Virus record (IMG/VR): IMGVR_UViG_3300008121_000001
Location: 1 to 64,000 of that record
Reading direction: 5' to 3' (one strand)
Length of the DNA: 64,000 bases
Source: a virus
Of this stretch, positions 1 through 10,134 are shown one piece after another. The notes under the pieces were generated by a model. It saw only the letters and a program-made list of their open reading frames with translations, was not told where the DNA came from and did not search any database. The first letter of the stretch is position 1, and each line of letters opens with the position of its first letter. The position numbers were made by a program, and so were the translations under genes.

Positions 1-630
1 TCTCAAGTCGAAAAGTATTACTTGCAAGCTGAAAAGCACTATGCAGATACAAAGCACTGGTATGTTAACGAGTACCAGAAGACTGCAAAATTCTGCCATG
101 AAGTAAACCCTAAGTTTACGCTGATACAGTGGTCTGGTGTAGTGTCGGCACTTTCTCCTAGTACGTCATGGGACAATAATCAATTCTATGCAATTAAACT
201 TGCTGAGTTGATGCAGTCCGATTGTAGTGACCCTGATACGCTCTATAACTCTGGTATCAGGTGTATGTTTAAACTCAGTCTTCAGAAGTCTTTGAAGATT
301 CTATCAGTTACTCAGGATGACTTGCAAGAGTCTGCAATCTTGAAGATTCTACACGCTCCCAAGACTAGCCACTTTTTCTTGAACGGGTTATACCCTGAAC
401 AGGAAACAGGTAGCACGATTGATAGTCACATGGCACAAATTTTTGCACCTGAATTAAAAGGTAGTCTCGCACCTACTGTAGCCGCCTATCGTGAGAGTGA
501 AAAAATCTTCAATCGTATCGCTAGAGAAAAGGGCTTACTAAGCCATCAATTGCAAGCTATGGTATGGTGTGCCAAAGTGTATGGTGTGCCACGTCCTAAA
601 CAGCTAAAACTAGACATCAATCTGGTGTAG
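1..630 (+). CDS. Conserved phage protein, DUF7178-like (helix-hairpin-helix glycosylase-like); 5' end outside window
   Basis: Frame is open from position 1; motifs WY, SALSP..SW, PKT..F, TIDSH and QLQAMVW are typical of this family. Confidence 0.55.
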   Translation, partial: SQVEKYYLQAEKHYADTKHWYVNEYQKTAKFCHEVNPKFTLIQWSGVVSALSPSTSWDNNQFYAIKLAELMQSDCSDPDTLYNSGIRCMFKLSLQKSLKILSVTQDDLQESAILKILHAPKTSHFFLNGLYPEQETGSTIDSHMAQIFAPELKGSLAPTVAAYRESEKIFNRIAREKGLLSHQLQAMVWCAKVYGVPRPKQLKLDINLV

Positions 631-634
631 CATC

Positions 635-769
635 ATGAAACTAAAAATATCTCGTAAACAATTCTATGCTTTAGGAGGGTTTGCTAATACCAGACTATTT
701 AGAAGACAAACTAAGTCTGGTAGTTGGAATTACTACAAAAGAGTTGACTTTTCTTTCTCAATCAATTAA
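635..769 (+). CDS. Small basic phage protein (44 aa, MKLKISRKQFYALGGFANTRLFRRQ...)
   Basis: Translated manually; below the ORF-track cutoff; fills the gap after the previous gene. Confidence 0.6.
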   Translation: MKLKISRKQFYALGGFANTRLFRRQTKSGSWNYYKRVDFSFSIN

Positions 770-772
770 GCT
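744..772 (+). promoter_or_regulatory. Sigma70-type early promoter
   Basis: TTGACT-17 nt-TAAGCT; a related TTGACTTTTC...AAGCT element lies at 2188-2217. Confidence 0.6.
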
Positions 773-810
773 GACAACTAAACACACGATTTATTTGGGA
801 GATTACAAAA

Positions 811-1332
811 ATGTTGCAAGAACTTGCAGAACACTATCTGAACGGTAAAGATGCTACAGCCGAACTTCCTGAATTGACAGGGGATATCCTAACCCGTTGG
901 ATTGAACACGAATTTCAGAAGCTTGGATTGCTTGGCATTTCTGTCGAACTTTCAGAAAACCCTAAAAATTACAATGGGATATCTGATGTGATTGCAGATG
1001 TTCGGGATAACAAACACATCTACGTGTTTAGTTTGTACTGTGAACACCCTTTAATTAGTCCTGAGACTAATCGTAAGTTTAGGGCTATTCATGACTACTT
1101 CCATCATTACCTTAGTGGTTTGGGTGCTGAGAGTTCATTCAGTCTTTATGGTGAATTTGTAGCCTATGAGAGAGCAAAAACTGACTTGTTCGCTTACTTG
1201 TGGCAACATGAAAGCGTCCCTACTCTTGAGATTTTCCCCATCTTAGACCGTGTTCTCTTTTCTGAGATTGTGTTGCAAGCTTCCGTTAAGCTGCACACTG
1301 GTGAATTTGCTGACCAAAAGATTGTTTTATAG
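811..1332 (+). CDS. Conserved phage protein with FRAxHDxxHH motif (possible zincin-like)
   Basis: NRKFRAIHDYFHH...FSLYGE; GGGAG ribosome-binding site upstream. Confidence 0.55.
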   Translation: MLQELAEHYLNGKDATAELPELTGDILTRWIEHEFQKLGLLGISVELSENPKNYNGISDVIADVRDNKHIYVFSLYCEHPLISPETNRKFRAIHDYFHHYLSGLGAESSFSLYGEFVAYERAKTDLFAYLWQHESVPTLEIFPILDRVLFSEIVLQASVKLHTGEFADQKIVL

Positions 1333-1340
1333 GTGAAGTT

Positions 1341-1553
1341 ATGGAAGCAGAACAGATTGAGCAAAAAGACTACTACCTTTTGAGAACTGCTTATATTCTT
1401 GGCAGGAAAGTCAATGTAACCGATATTGACAAGGCTATATTAGAACTAGAAGCAGATTTATTGATAGAAGCAGATATCATTCAACATGAATGGTTAAATA
1501 TCATCAAGAATGATTTACTAAATATTAAAGAGAGGTCACAAAATGGTATTTGA
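1341..1553 (+). CDS. Hypothetical protein
   Basis: ORF in tightly packed + strand array; AGGTG RBS. Confidence 0.6.
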   Translation: MEAEQIEQKDYYLLRTAYILGRKVNVTDIDKAILELEADLLIEADIIQHEWLNIIKNDLLNIKERSQNGI

Positions 1554-1734
1554 GAGTTGGCTTATCGGTCTACTAATGGGAGCAATCCCTAGCTTCTTCT
1601 TCGGTATTGAGACGGGTAAACTTATTCGTAAATGGGAAACCGAAGTGGTTACTGCGGTTAAAGATGCAAAAATTGAAACCCTACAATCCTTTGTAGGTAC
1701 TATTAAAACTAAGAGGGAATTACACAATGACTGA
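1543..1734 (+). CDS. Hypothetical membrane protein
   Basis: Hydrophobic N-terminus; overlaps neighbouring genes. Confidence 0.55.
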   Translation: MVFESWLIGLLMGAIPSFFFGIETGKLIRKWETEVVTAVKDAKIETLQSFVGTIKTKRELHND

Positions 1735-2110
1735 CTACACTCTAGCTAGCTTCCTGCAAAATTTAAATATATTTCTCGCTTCGCTTCCTGAAGGTTTTGT
1801 ACATGGCAATGAAACACACATTGCACAGTTGCCTCACAATGAGTCCGTCAAGTCGCATTATCGCTTCTGGCTTGAGAATGTACAGCCGCAATGCATTCGT
1901 GTCGTGGTGCGCGATTTATCGACACCTGACTTCGTTTGTATGCGTGAGAGTAACAGTACAGTAAATCCTATTGTCTGTCACATTACAAAAGACTTCATTG
2001 ATTTTCATTCTGGGCGCTATTTTGAAGATGAAGAAAGTGCTAACACGTTCTTAGACAATATCGAACGCCTATCTAAGTCTGGTGCAAAATTCGTAAGGAA
2101 AATTGATTGA
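1727..2110 (+). CDS. Hypothetical protein
   Basis: ORF with overlapping start; RBS present. Confidence 0.65.
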   Translation: MTDYTLASFLQNLNIFLASLPEGFVHGNETHIAQLPHNESVKSHYRFWLENVQPQCIRVVVRDLSTPDFVCMRESNSTVNPIVCHITKDFIDFHSGRYFEDEESANTFLDNIERLSKSGAKFVRKID

Positions 2111-2444
2111 TGATAATTGTAAAGTAATCATCCTTACTTGCACTGCATGGGAGTTGCAAAGATACTCCCAAAGAAGCAGAAAAAAACTTGACTTTTCCTA
2201 TCTGTTCGTGAGAAGCTAACCCTTAACGAACAGACAAGAGCAGTCACACGCTCAACCGCTAACATTCGCACAATTGGAGAATTACATCATGTCTCAACAC
2301 TCACAATCACGCGAAGCATTCTTGAACCTTGAACACGCAAAGAAGAGAGGAAACATCTCTAGCGAGTTACCTCTATCACGCCGAACTTCATCAAGACGCT
2401 CTCAAGAAGTGCTTATCATTCCTGCACAGAAACCAGATTGAAGG

Positions 2445-2825
2445 TTGAACATTATGCAGGACAATAAACACCCCTTTCAAATCGAAGCTGACAAACAATT
2501 TATTCGGGACTTCGGCACACCTTACAAAGACCATCCCCAAGGTGACTTGACAATCATTGGTGGTGTAGAAGCATTCTCGAAGTACGATGGCTCTTACCCT
2601 TCCTTGGGCAATCCTAATCCGTTACCCGAAATAGCGAAATGTTGCGGTACTGAACCAAACATCGTAAAACAAACAGAAGTGTTTGTGAATGAATTAATTC
2701 CTTATGTTGTAATCTCCTGCCCTACTTGCCATAGACAGGGATTCAAGGTATATACAAAGTTTGGTGTTAAATCTCATTTACCTTCCGAAATACAGATTAG
2801 ACATTGGAACAGGGGTAAATCATGA
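2445..2825 (+). CDS. Zn-binding protein, Lar restriction-alleviation-like C-terminus
   Basis: KCCG...CPTC...HWN pattern. Confidence 0.45.
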   Translation: MNIMQDNKHPFQIEADKQFIRDFGTPYKDHPQGDLTIIGGVEAFSKYDGSYPSLGNPNPLPEIAKCCGTEPNIVKQTEVFVNELIPYVVISCPTCHRQGFKVYTKFGVKSHLPSEIQIRHWNRGKS

Positions 2826-2862
2826 CTACTAAAAATCCTTATTGTTCGTAAGGTACTGAAAA

Positions 2863-3192
2863 ATGAATCTTCCTGACTTAATTCGAGAACATGAAAAAAT
2901 TGTCTGTGATGCTGATAGTAAACTAGCTGAAGCTTTACAGCCGTTTGTAAATGCCCTATGCGACAAATATCACCTCAACTTCTTTTCTGGTAATGGTGAC
3001 TGGTATTTTTATTATCCTGATGGCAAAGAACCTTTCACTTGGCAGAATAAGGCAGACCTCAAAAGATACAGTCGAAAACTAGCTAAGGCTTTGAGCTACG
3101 AATTTTCTAACCACCAAGAAATAGGGAGTTACCTAGAAATATATGCACCTCACAAGATTACAAGCTGCCTACCACAATGCAGTGATAGCTAA
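2863..3192 (+). CDS. Hypothetical protein
   Basis: ORF in + strand array. Confidence 0.6.
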   Translation: MNLPDLIREHEKIVCDADSKLAEALQPFVNALCDKYHLNFFSGNGDWYFYYPDGKEPFTWQNKADLKRYSRKLAKALSYEFSNHQEIGSYLEIYAPHKITSCLPQCSDS

Positions 3193-3296
3193 ACAAGCTA
3201 ACAAGACAAAGAATCAAGCGAACCTTACTCGCATAGCCTCACATCTGCAACAAGCCTCAAATCGTCAAATCTTGCACTCTATAGGAGAATACTTAA

Positions 3297-3767
3297 ATGT
3301 TTCCAATTAAAACTATCACAGACTCCCCTTTTATTAAAGAGGTTCAACTTCCAGATTGTATTTGGGGTGTCAAGTTTCAACAAAATCCTGACCCAACTTG
3401 CAGTTCTTACTACCTAATTAAATGCTCTTTAGACTACAAGAAATTTTCAGAGCGTGAGTATTTCCCCTTCATGACAGAAAAAGAAGCTTTCGATGCACTT
3501 GATAAAATCTGTGCGCCAAGCCGTATCGTCAAACTTAGGGTTACTAAAGAGCTATCTACTACCATTCTCGAACAAGTAGCAGCTAAAGTGAAAAACTTAC
3601 TAGAGTCTAGTGCTGTAGAACCCGAAGAGTACACACCTGATGAACAAGGGCTAAGCGCACTATCCAATCTTTTGCTCACTGCTGCTTTACAAGATATTGT
3701 AGCCAAACGTTTGCACATCGCCTCTGACAAAACCCGTAAAGAATTGAAAAATTTGGAGAATTTCTAA
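3297..3767 (+). CDS. Hypothetical protein
   Basis: AGGAG RBS; abuts next gene. Confidence 0.65.
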   Translation: MFPIKTITDSPFIKEVQLPDCIWGVKFQQNPDPTCSSYYLIKCSLDYKKFSEREYFPFMTEKEAFDALDKICAPSRIVKLRVTKELSTTILEQVAAKVKNLLESSAVEPEEYTPDEQGLSALSNLLLTAALQDIVAKRLHIASDKTRKELKNLENF

Positions 3768-4049
3768 ATGCAACGCGACAACCAACTGAGAAACACTCGC
3801 TTTAACATCAATAAAAACTGGCGAGTAGATATGCGTGAACCTATAGATATTCGCAGACCTTACCTAGTTATTATAGGTGAGTTTGTTCACAAAAACGTTG
3901 TGATTGATTACCCTATCCATTATAACGATGGAAGACAAAATCCAATCGCCTACGACTATCCCGAACGCATTCCCCAATTTGTCAAAAACAAGGTAGCCAC
4001 CTTGTACGAAAGATTTCCAGCCCTAAAATGCGAAAACAAAAAATCATGA
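3768..4049 (+). CDS. Hypothetical protein
   Basis: Abuts previous stop codon. Confidence 0.6.
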   Translation: MQRDNQLRNTRFNINKNWRVDMREPIDIRRPYLVIIGEFVHKNVVIDYPIHYNDGRQNPIAYDYPERIPQFVKNKVATLYERFPALKCENKKS

Positions 4050-4411
4050 AAGCAATCGTAGTTTCCTACTCTTCCCTTACCCACAAGTACCGAGCAGAAG
4101 CAGAAGGTGTTCCCGCCATTTCCCGCAGTGTTGAACAAAATGGTGGCTACACTGCCGCTAGAATCGCTCAAGAGCTTGCAGATAAATATAACTGGTGCAA
4201 GTTCAACGGTGAAGCCAAATATCGCCTAGAGCATGGGTTTCTGCCTAATGGTGATGATGTGTTCGTGCTTGTTAAAAATGCTCGACCACTTTTAGATGAA
4301 GTTGAGTACATTCTCTCAATCGATTACGACTCTCAAAATCGTAACTTGGAACTTTGCAAAGATACCATTGACACACTGCGAGAGGTTTATAAAAAATACG
4401 CCGATGGCTAA
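4046..4411 (+). CDS. Hypothetical protein
   Basis: ATGA start/stop overlap at 4046 (MKAIVV). Confidence 0.6.
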   Translation: MKAIVVSYSSLTHKYRAEAEGVPAISRSVEQNGGYTAARIAQELADKYNWCKFNGEAKYRLEHGFLPNGDDVFVLVKNARPLLDEVEYILSIDYDSQNRNLELCKDTIDTLREVYKKYADG

Positions 4412-4799
4412 CAAACATTCACCAAAGAAAGGTAGCGCCGACTTTGGTGCTGCTGAACATTATCACTTTGAGGTACAACCTGTGCAATATTACTCCTATC
4501 ATCTTGCAAACACAATTGGCACACAATTGGTTAAGGCTCAATCTTTGGTTGAGGCACAAGAAAAAGTCAAACATCTTCCTTACAGATGTTCTGGCTTGAT
4601 TGAAATACCTAGAAGTGAATACTTAGAGATATTGAGCAGACCATTCTTTAAGATTCAACTAAGGACGAAGAATGGTTGGCAGGTTCTCGAAGAAATTTTC
4701 TCAACCAAAAAGTCAGTAGAGTTAGCTTTAGATTACTGGCGACAAGTCTCACCTGACTCTGAATATCAAGCGATTAAATGTGAGGTACTCGACCTATGA
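4404..4799 (+). CDS. Hypothetical protein
   Basis: Likely start MANKHS overlapping previous gene. Confidence 0.55.
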   Translation: MANKHSPKKGSADFGAAEHYHFEVQPVQYYSYHLANTIGTQLVKAQSLVEAQEKVKHLPYRCSGLIEIPRSEYLEILSRPFFKIQLRTKNGWQVLEEIFSTKKSVELALDYWRQVSPDSEYQAIKCEVLDL

Positions 4800-5389
4800 C
4801 ACGAACTAAAAACCTTTCTCGCGAACAACTTCTCATTTCCTTTCTGCACCGAGCTTGTGACCTTTCTTCCAGTGGTCTGCAAATCGATTCTGAAGGCTAC
4901 CTCTATGCTTCTGGTGAGATGATAGCCGCTTGGCGAGGTTATGGTCTTGGCGGTACATTATTTATCGATTGTGGCTCATCTAAGCTGTGCAATCGTAGAG
5001 CAGCTAACGACCTCAAAGAGTTGGCAGAAAAAGAAGGGGTAGCTTATTTGTGTTACAACACTTACAGCTATACAATCTCCCCTGAATTTCAGTTTGCTGA
5101 ACGTCTAGTCTCCTATGCAATCTGGGCTACTCCTAAAGTAGTGAATCCTGAAAATATCTTTGTTCAAAGCAAAAAACTACTTGACAAGGCTATTGAGAAG
5201 GCAATAAGCTATGGAAGTATTCAATCATTACTTGATTCAACACAACACATTGCAACATTGTTTAACTTCGTCTTTGATGCAACGTCTTACGACATTAAGA
5301 GACAACAACACATCGAAACAGCAAGCACAGCAAAAGCAGCACGCATCGAATACCACAGAAAAGAAATTGAGAGGTTACTTGCATCATGA
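4796..5389 (+). CDS. Hypothetical protein
   Basis: ATGA overlap; GAGGT RBS. Confidence 0.65.
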   Translation: MTRTKNLSREQLLISFLHRACDLSSSGLQIDSEGYLYASGEMIAAWRGYGLGGTLFIDCGSSKLCNRRAANDLKELAEKEGVAYLCYNTYSYTISPEFQFAERLVSYAIWATPKVVNPENIFVQSKKLLDKAIEKAISYGSIQSLLDSTQHIATLFNFVFDATSYDIKRQQHIETASTAKAARIEYHRKEIERLLAS

Positions 5390-5655
5390 AATTAATTCAA
5401 ATCGGTTCTCAAACCTTCATCCCTTTCGACGCTAAGATTGTAAAGGTCAGGTTAGACTCAGACTATCCTAAAGAAGTTGGTACTCTCACTATTGTGTATG
5501 ATGTTCCTCATAACATTCGTCAACAACACGAGGTAATCCATTTGACTGATTCTGAAGACAAAGAAATAGCTCTTCGGGTTTTTAGAAAAATGGCTGTTCA
5601 AGTCGTTCACACTACGCCCGAAATCGATTTTTGGGTAGACATAAATCGCAGATAG
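5386..5655 (+). CDS. Hypothetical protein
   Basis: ATGA overlap. Confidence 0.6.
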   Translation: MKLIQIGSQTFIPFDAKIVKVRLDSDYPKEVGTLTIVYDVPHNIRQQHEVIHLTDSEDKEIALRVFRKMAVQVVHTTPEIDFWVDINRR

Positions 5656-5664
5656 ATTCTCTCT

Positions 5665-5755
5665 CGCTAGGTAGCTTCAGTTTGCCAGTAAGTCGAAGCA
5701 CTATCGGTGACATCCTATTTGGTGACGAAGACTAATCGCACAAGCTGACCTAGCG
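5665..5755 (+). ncRNA. Putative structured intergenic RNA element
   Basis: CGCTAGGT-AGCTT (5665-77) pairs with AAGCT-G-ACCTAGCG (5742-55); nested inner stems. Confidence 0.35.
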
Positions 5756-5797
5756 GCTATACGAGGTTATTCACTTATTACTTTTTAGGAGATTATA

Positions 5798-6085
5798 ATG
5801 ACACTCGCTACACTACCTAAAAACCCTCTCACCCTCAAAGATTTCACTCTCCACGACCTTTTCTTGCGCCAAAGCCTAGATAATACCTTTGGCAAGCTTG
5901 CAACGGGCTGCAAGCCGCCCAAACTGCAAGGACGACCCCACGCAGTCAAGGAGTTCATTCTCTTGCATGACACTAACGAACTTGTAATCCTTTACAGGCA
6001 CTCTGGACGTTTTTGTGAGAAAGTGTTCACTGACGTTGACGCTTGCCTTGAATTTGCAGAAAAGAGATTTGGAGTGACGCTGTAA
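5798..6085 (+). CDS. Hypothetical protein
   Basis: AGGAG RBS. Confidence 0.65.
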   Translation: MTLATLPKNPLTLKDFTLHDLFLRQSLDNTFGKLATGCKPPKLQGRPHAVKEFILLHDTNELVILYRHSGRFCEKVFTDVDACLEFAEKRFGVTL

Positions 6086-6639
6086 TGAAAGAATTAGAAG
6101 CTGTCTGGCAAATCACCAAAGTAGACTACAACTCTACTGGCAGAAAGATAAATTTGGCTGAACTCTCTTGGAGACTTTCAGGTGATGGACGTTTCACTGC
6201 TCAGGGCGGTGTTTGGAACGCGAAACAGACTGACTACATTACTTGCGGTCAGATGGTAGATAAGGTTGCTGAGTTCTTTCCTCACTCTCAATTGATTATA
6301 GAAATATTCGATGTTTGGAAAGAGTGGCATTTGAAGGTTGTCACCGATGATTCTGTACTCAAGCAAATCAAGTCTTGGAAAAAGAGGGCTGATAACAGTT
6401 TCAACACCTATGCAGAGTTTCAAGATTACTTTCGTAGTTGGGGTAAAGAAGATACTCGCGGCATTAAAGTAGAGCAGACCACTAGAGGTTATAGTCTCTT
6501 GACTTATCCTGAATCTGGTTTGGTAGGCTCTGTACTTGTCCCTTTACCTACAGAAAAGAAGTATGCAAAACGTGCTATAGAACGTATGCAACAAGACGTA
6601 GACAACTTTGAAAATTACGGAATTACTGACGATGATTAA
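6085..6639 (+). CDS. Hypothetical protein
   Basis: TAATG stop/start overlap. Confidence 0.65.
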   Translation: MKELEAVWQITKVDYNSTGRKINLAELSWRLSGDGRFTAQGGVWNAKQTDYITCGQMVDKVAEFFPHSQLIIEIFDVWKEWHLKVVTDDSVLKQIKSWKKRADNSFNTYAEFQDYFRSWGKEDTRGIKVEQTTRGYSLLTYPESGLVGSVLVPLPTEKKYAKRAIERMQQDVDNFENYGITDDD

Positions 6640-6864
6640 AACTTACCAAGAACTGAAGGAAGCTTTTTGCGACTTCAACGCCAACAACGATGGGTTTCCC
6701 TCTGTAGACGTTTTACAAAACACTTCAGACTATTCTCTCGTTTATACAGGCGCAGAACCAACCGAACGTAAAGACTTCGAGCTACCTATTTCGCATGAAG
6801 ATTTCGAGATTTTGCTTGCTGAGTTTTGGGACTATATTGACTGGTACTTAGAGGATGGGGACGA

Positions 6865-7353
6865 ATGACCACACAGTTACACCATCGCGAAACCGCACCA
6901 CGTAAGTTCCGCGACCCGTACATCATCGCGCAGCAACTCGCGCTACTCGCTCACGCACAAGAATCGCTTATTGTCTCTGCTCACGGGGCATTCAAACACA
7001 GAAGTTATTCATGGCACTTAGGTTATTGCGTAAAGCATGGTCAAGTATTCGATGTCTCTACCAAAGATGCCCTCTCACTGTGCAACAAGCCCGTAACCCT
7101 CTTTTCTGCCCTCTTAGCGTCAGCGTCTCACGAAAACATCTTTGAGATTGTTTTGAATGCTTCTTACGAGGTGGTCAAGTTAGCTCTTAGGGTAGATTTA
7201 CCTACATCACCTAAAACTGATATCATTCTTGTATTAGCTGGAGAACTAGAGCCAGACCGTCTTGAGTATCAAGATGTGCGATTGGTCACTTGGTACTTGA
7301 ACGACAAGAACGATAATCACTCTACATTACAGAAAGAGAGGTACGCATCATGA
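6865..7353 (+). CDS. Conserved phage hypothetical protein
   Basis: C-terminal VTWYLN..DNHSTL...RY motif. Confidence 0.6.
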   Translation: MTTQLHHRETAPRKFRDPYIIAQQLALLAHAQESLIVSAHGAFKHRSYSWHLGYCVKHGQVFDVSTKDALSLCNKPVTLFSALLASASHENIFEIVLNASYEVVKLALRVDLPTSPKTDIILVLAGELEPDRLEYQDVRLVTWYLNDKNDNHSTLQKERYAS

Positions 7354-7496
7354 CTAAGAATCAGACTACTATCACACTTTTCATTATTGGTATTGCTGCA
7401 TCTATTGCAATTAGCATTTTCCTTCCTTCTGCGGCTGAAGTTGTTATTAGCTCCACTTTTGTTTTGACACTCTTACATTTTTTGTTTGGAGATTAG
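7350..7496 (+). CDS. Small hydrophobic membrane peptide (48 aa)
   Basis: Manual translation MTKNQTTITLFIIGIAASIAISIFLP...; ATGA overlap. Confidence 0.5.
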   Translation: MTKNQTTITLFIIGIAASIAISIFLPSAAEVVISSTFVLTLLHFLFGD

Positions 7497-7688
7497 TTCA
7501 TGATTTACAATACCTTAGCAAGACCTCCTCCGCCTTACGAGCGATGACTCTAAAGATATTAAATTTGGTAAAAGACAACTCGCAGGACAGTAAAACAAAT
7601 CTGAATAGGTCTGGTGAAGCTTATGCGAACGCCCCTAAAAAGGGCAACCCCCTCTATCGTGGGGTATTAAGTAAAAATACAACCTATT

Positions 7689-7835
7689 ATGAAGACTCTA
7701 ATCATCTCTGTTTATATTCTTGCCGCTATCACTATTGCATACAACATTTTCGCACCCACAAACAACGTGCAAAAAATTGGTGCATTGATAGGTCTAATAG
7801 GTCTGACTGGCGCAGCTTGCTATTCAGCAGAATAA
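7689..7835 (+). CDS. Small hydrophobic membrane peptide (48 aa)
   Basis: Manual translation MKTLIISVYILAAITIAY...GALIGLIGLTGAAC. Confidence 0.5.
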   Translation: MKTLIISVYILAAITIAYNIFAPTNNVQKIGALIGLIGLTGAACYSAE

Positions 7836-8019
7836 TTACAAACTTACTGGGACTACCTATGCCTTTCTTCCCCTTCATCGGTTTCTGGACTATCTCTGTT
7901 GGCTTGGGCTTAGTTGTTTGCCTCTTTTCCCCCCAAAAAAATAAATAATGGTCAAAGTTTTTGCAATGTGGGCAACAACTCATTCAGTTTTTGTTGCACT
8001 ATTCTATCCAGAAGCTACA

Positions 8020-8048
8020 TTGACGACTAGAATTTGTGCCGCTATACT
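8020..8048 (+). promoter_or_regulatory. Sigma70-type promoter
   Basis: TTGACG-17 nt-TATACT upstream of the DUF932-like gene. Confidence 0.65.
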
Positions 8049-8093
8049 TACACTTCTATCTTGTATTTATATTTCCGTTGAGGAATTTGAAAA

Positions 8094-9194
8094 ATGACAA
8101 CTACTATTGACAACACACCAAAAGCTTTGCACGTCAGCACTACTGGTGCATTCGGACAACTCGAAACATCTAAAGTAGTCCCCAAGATTACACCTGACGA
8201 CATTATCGCTGACGCTAAACTCGAAGAGTGGCAAGCATTCATGTATCCCAACATGAATGAAGACAACAAGCCTGTAGACGAACTCAAGTCCAACTACATT
8301 CGCCAAGAGTTCCTTAAAGAAGATGCAATCGGTATTAGCCCAGCTTTTCTCGCAGAAGAACACATTGACCATCACGGACGCAACTTTGCTCTGAAAGTAC
8401 CTAGCAAGTATCGCATCATCCAATATCAGGACGGGCTACGCTGGTTAGAGAACTATACAGATGAAAGCCTGATTGAAATTCAAGACTGGCTTCTACTTGA
8501 CTCTGGCGCGATTTTAGCCGTCAACAACTTGATTCCCGATGAAGTTCTGACGATTCAAGGTGAAGCAGACAAAATTACTCCTTACATGATTTTCTGCTTG
8601 TCTCATGACGGGACGACTCCTCGCGCAGTCTTCTTCAGTTCGTTCAGAGCTATCTGTAAGAACACTTTGATGATGGCTCTTGCATCTGCTAAGGGTACAG
8701 AGAAGTTTTTTGGTTTTGACCCTAAAAAGGGCAGTAGCAAGTCTCCTACGGAACTGATGGCAATGGCTAAGCAAAACATCGACTTGGCTAAGACTAGGTT
8801 CCATGAACAAACTGCTCCTCACCTCAAAGCCCTGCGTGACCTACAACTTGATACGAAAGTGGTTGATACTCTCACTCGCGACCTCTTTGCGATTCGCCGC
8901 ACACAAGAAATCCCTGCGGTTCTAGATGAGGATGAAAGTTATCCTAGCTCAGTCAAGAACTACCACAAGTTCATGGACATCTATAGAAGCTTGGCTGATG
9001 TTGATATCTTCGATGCAAATCAGCACACAGGATATCGCTATGCTAATGCTGCGACTTCCTTTGTCAAAACTACGGGCAAGGACGGAGGATTTGACCCCAT
9101 AGCTGGCTTCAAGGGCAATATGTTCGGTAAAGTGCGTAAGAATGCGTTCGATTACCTAGACGAGCTATTACCTGCTAAGCACATCGGAGCATAG
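8094..9194 (+). CDS. DUF932 / phage-plasmid LGT-family protein
   Basis: Y.IIQ, SHDGT and R.IC.NTL motifs. Confidence 0.7.
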   Translation: MTTTIDNTPKALHVSTTGAFGQLETSKVVPKITPDDIIADAKLEEWQAFMYPNMNEDNKPVDELKSNYIRQEFLKEDAIGISPAFLAEEHIDHHGRNFALKVPSKYRIIQYQDGLRWLENYTDESLIEIQDWLLLDSGAILAVNNLIPDEVLTIQGEADKITPYMIFCLSHDGTTPRAVFFSSFRAICKNTLMMALASAKGTEKFFGFDPKKGSSKSPTELMAMAKQNIDLAKTRFHEQTAPHLKALRDLQLDTKVVDTLTRDLFAIRRTQEIPAVLDEDESYPSSVKNYHKFMDIYRSLADVDIFDANQHTGYRYANAATSFVKTTGKDGGFDPIAGFKGNMFGKVRKNAFDYLDELLPAKHIGA

Positions 9195-9265
9195 ATAAGT
9201 CTCTAGAGGGAGTGACAACAAAACTCCCTCACTCTACAATTTTTATTACTAACAGGAAACGAATT

Positions 9266-9466
9266 ATGAAAACTCTTTTCGCCGTAATCATTGCTATCCC
9301 TTTTATTATTGGTTGTTCTGCTCTAGGAGCATATATCTTTATGCTCCTGTGGAACTGGGCTTTGGTTGGTATTTTCCCTGCTGTTCCTGTGCTAGAGTTT
9401 TACAGAGCTTGGGGCTTGACAATCTTGCTATCGATTATCGGTTCATTTTTCAAAAGCAGTAAGTAA
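9266..9466 (+). CDS. Small membrane protein
   Basis: Two hydrophobic helices, MLLWNW motif; AGGA RBS. Confidence 0.6.
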   Translation: MKTLFAVIIAIPFIIGCSALGAYIFMLLWNWALVGIFPAVPVLEFYRAWGLTILLSIIGSFFKSSK

Positions 9467-9633
9467 CATCTTCAGGCAATGCCAATAAGCCCTACCTAGA
9501 ACCCGAAAAAGACGACTTACTCAGCCGTGTGCCTAGCAAGAGTCGCAGTTACCCGTATCCAACAAAGAACGGTTGACGGCTGCTATAGGTTCTTTCTTCT
9601 TTTTTCTGCAAATATTATTCATGAGCGTTCATT

Positions 9634-10134
9634 ATGTCTAGAGTTCGAGTCGAAAAGTTTGGTGACAATTTTTATTTACGAATTGATGGTCAGACTAAGC
9701 AGTTCAATCGTGAGTCATCTGACCTACTAACATCGCCTATCGAAGCTGCCGAAGATTTTCGTAGTGGCATTTTTTCTTCTGGCTTCGTGGTTAAATTCTC
9801 TGATGGTGTACGAACGATAGCTATCGACTTTCAGTATTCTTTCAACTCAAAAGAAACAGACTCAAATCCACTTGCAGAAATTCGACGCAGAGTTAAATTG
9901 GTGCAAGAGACTTTTGCTAAAGCTGAGGCAGAAAAAGAGGTCTGGGAAGGTGTTGTCGGTGAGTTGCCACTAGTTGAGCCTGAAAAAATTGAAACATTTA
10001 CCATCATCTACACTGGCGATGATGGGGAAGGTTGCAAACATGTTACCAAAACTACACGCTCCTTATTAGCAAACGAACTCTCTAAGTTTTCTAATCCAAT
10101 TTTTGTATTCAAAGGTGAGCCTGAAACCGTATGA
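9634..10134 (+). CDS. Hypothetical protein
   Basis: ORF in + strand array. Confidence 0.6.
   Translation: MSRVRVEKFGDNFYLRIDGQTKQFNRESSDLLTSPIEAAEDFRSGIFSSGFVVKFSDGVRTIAIDFQYSFNSKETDSNPLAEIRRRVKLVQETFAKAEAEKEVWEGVVGELPLVEPEKIETFTIIYTGDDGEGCKHVTKTTRSLLANELSKFSNPIFVFKGEPETV

Noticed and set aside
7544-7948. 134 aa ORF in the track
   Set aside because: Overlaps a better small ORF in another frame (7689-7835); probably only its last 29 codons are real.
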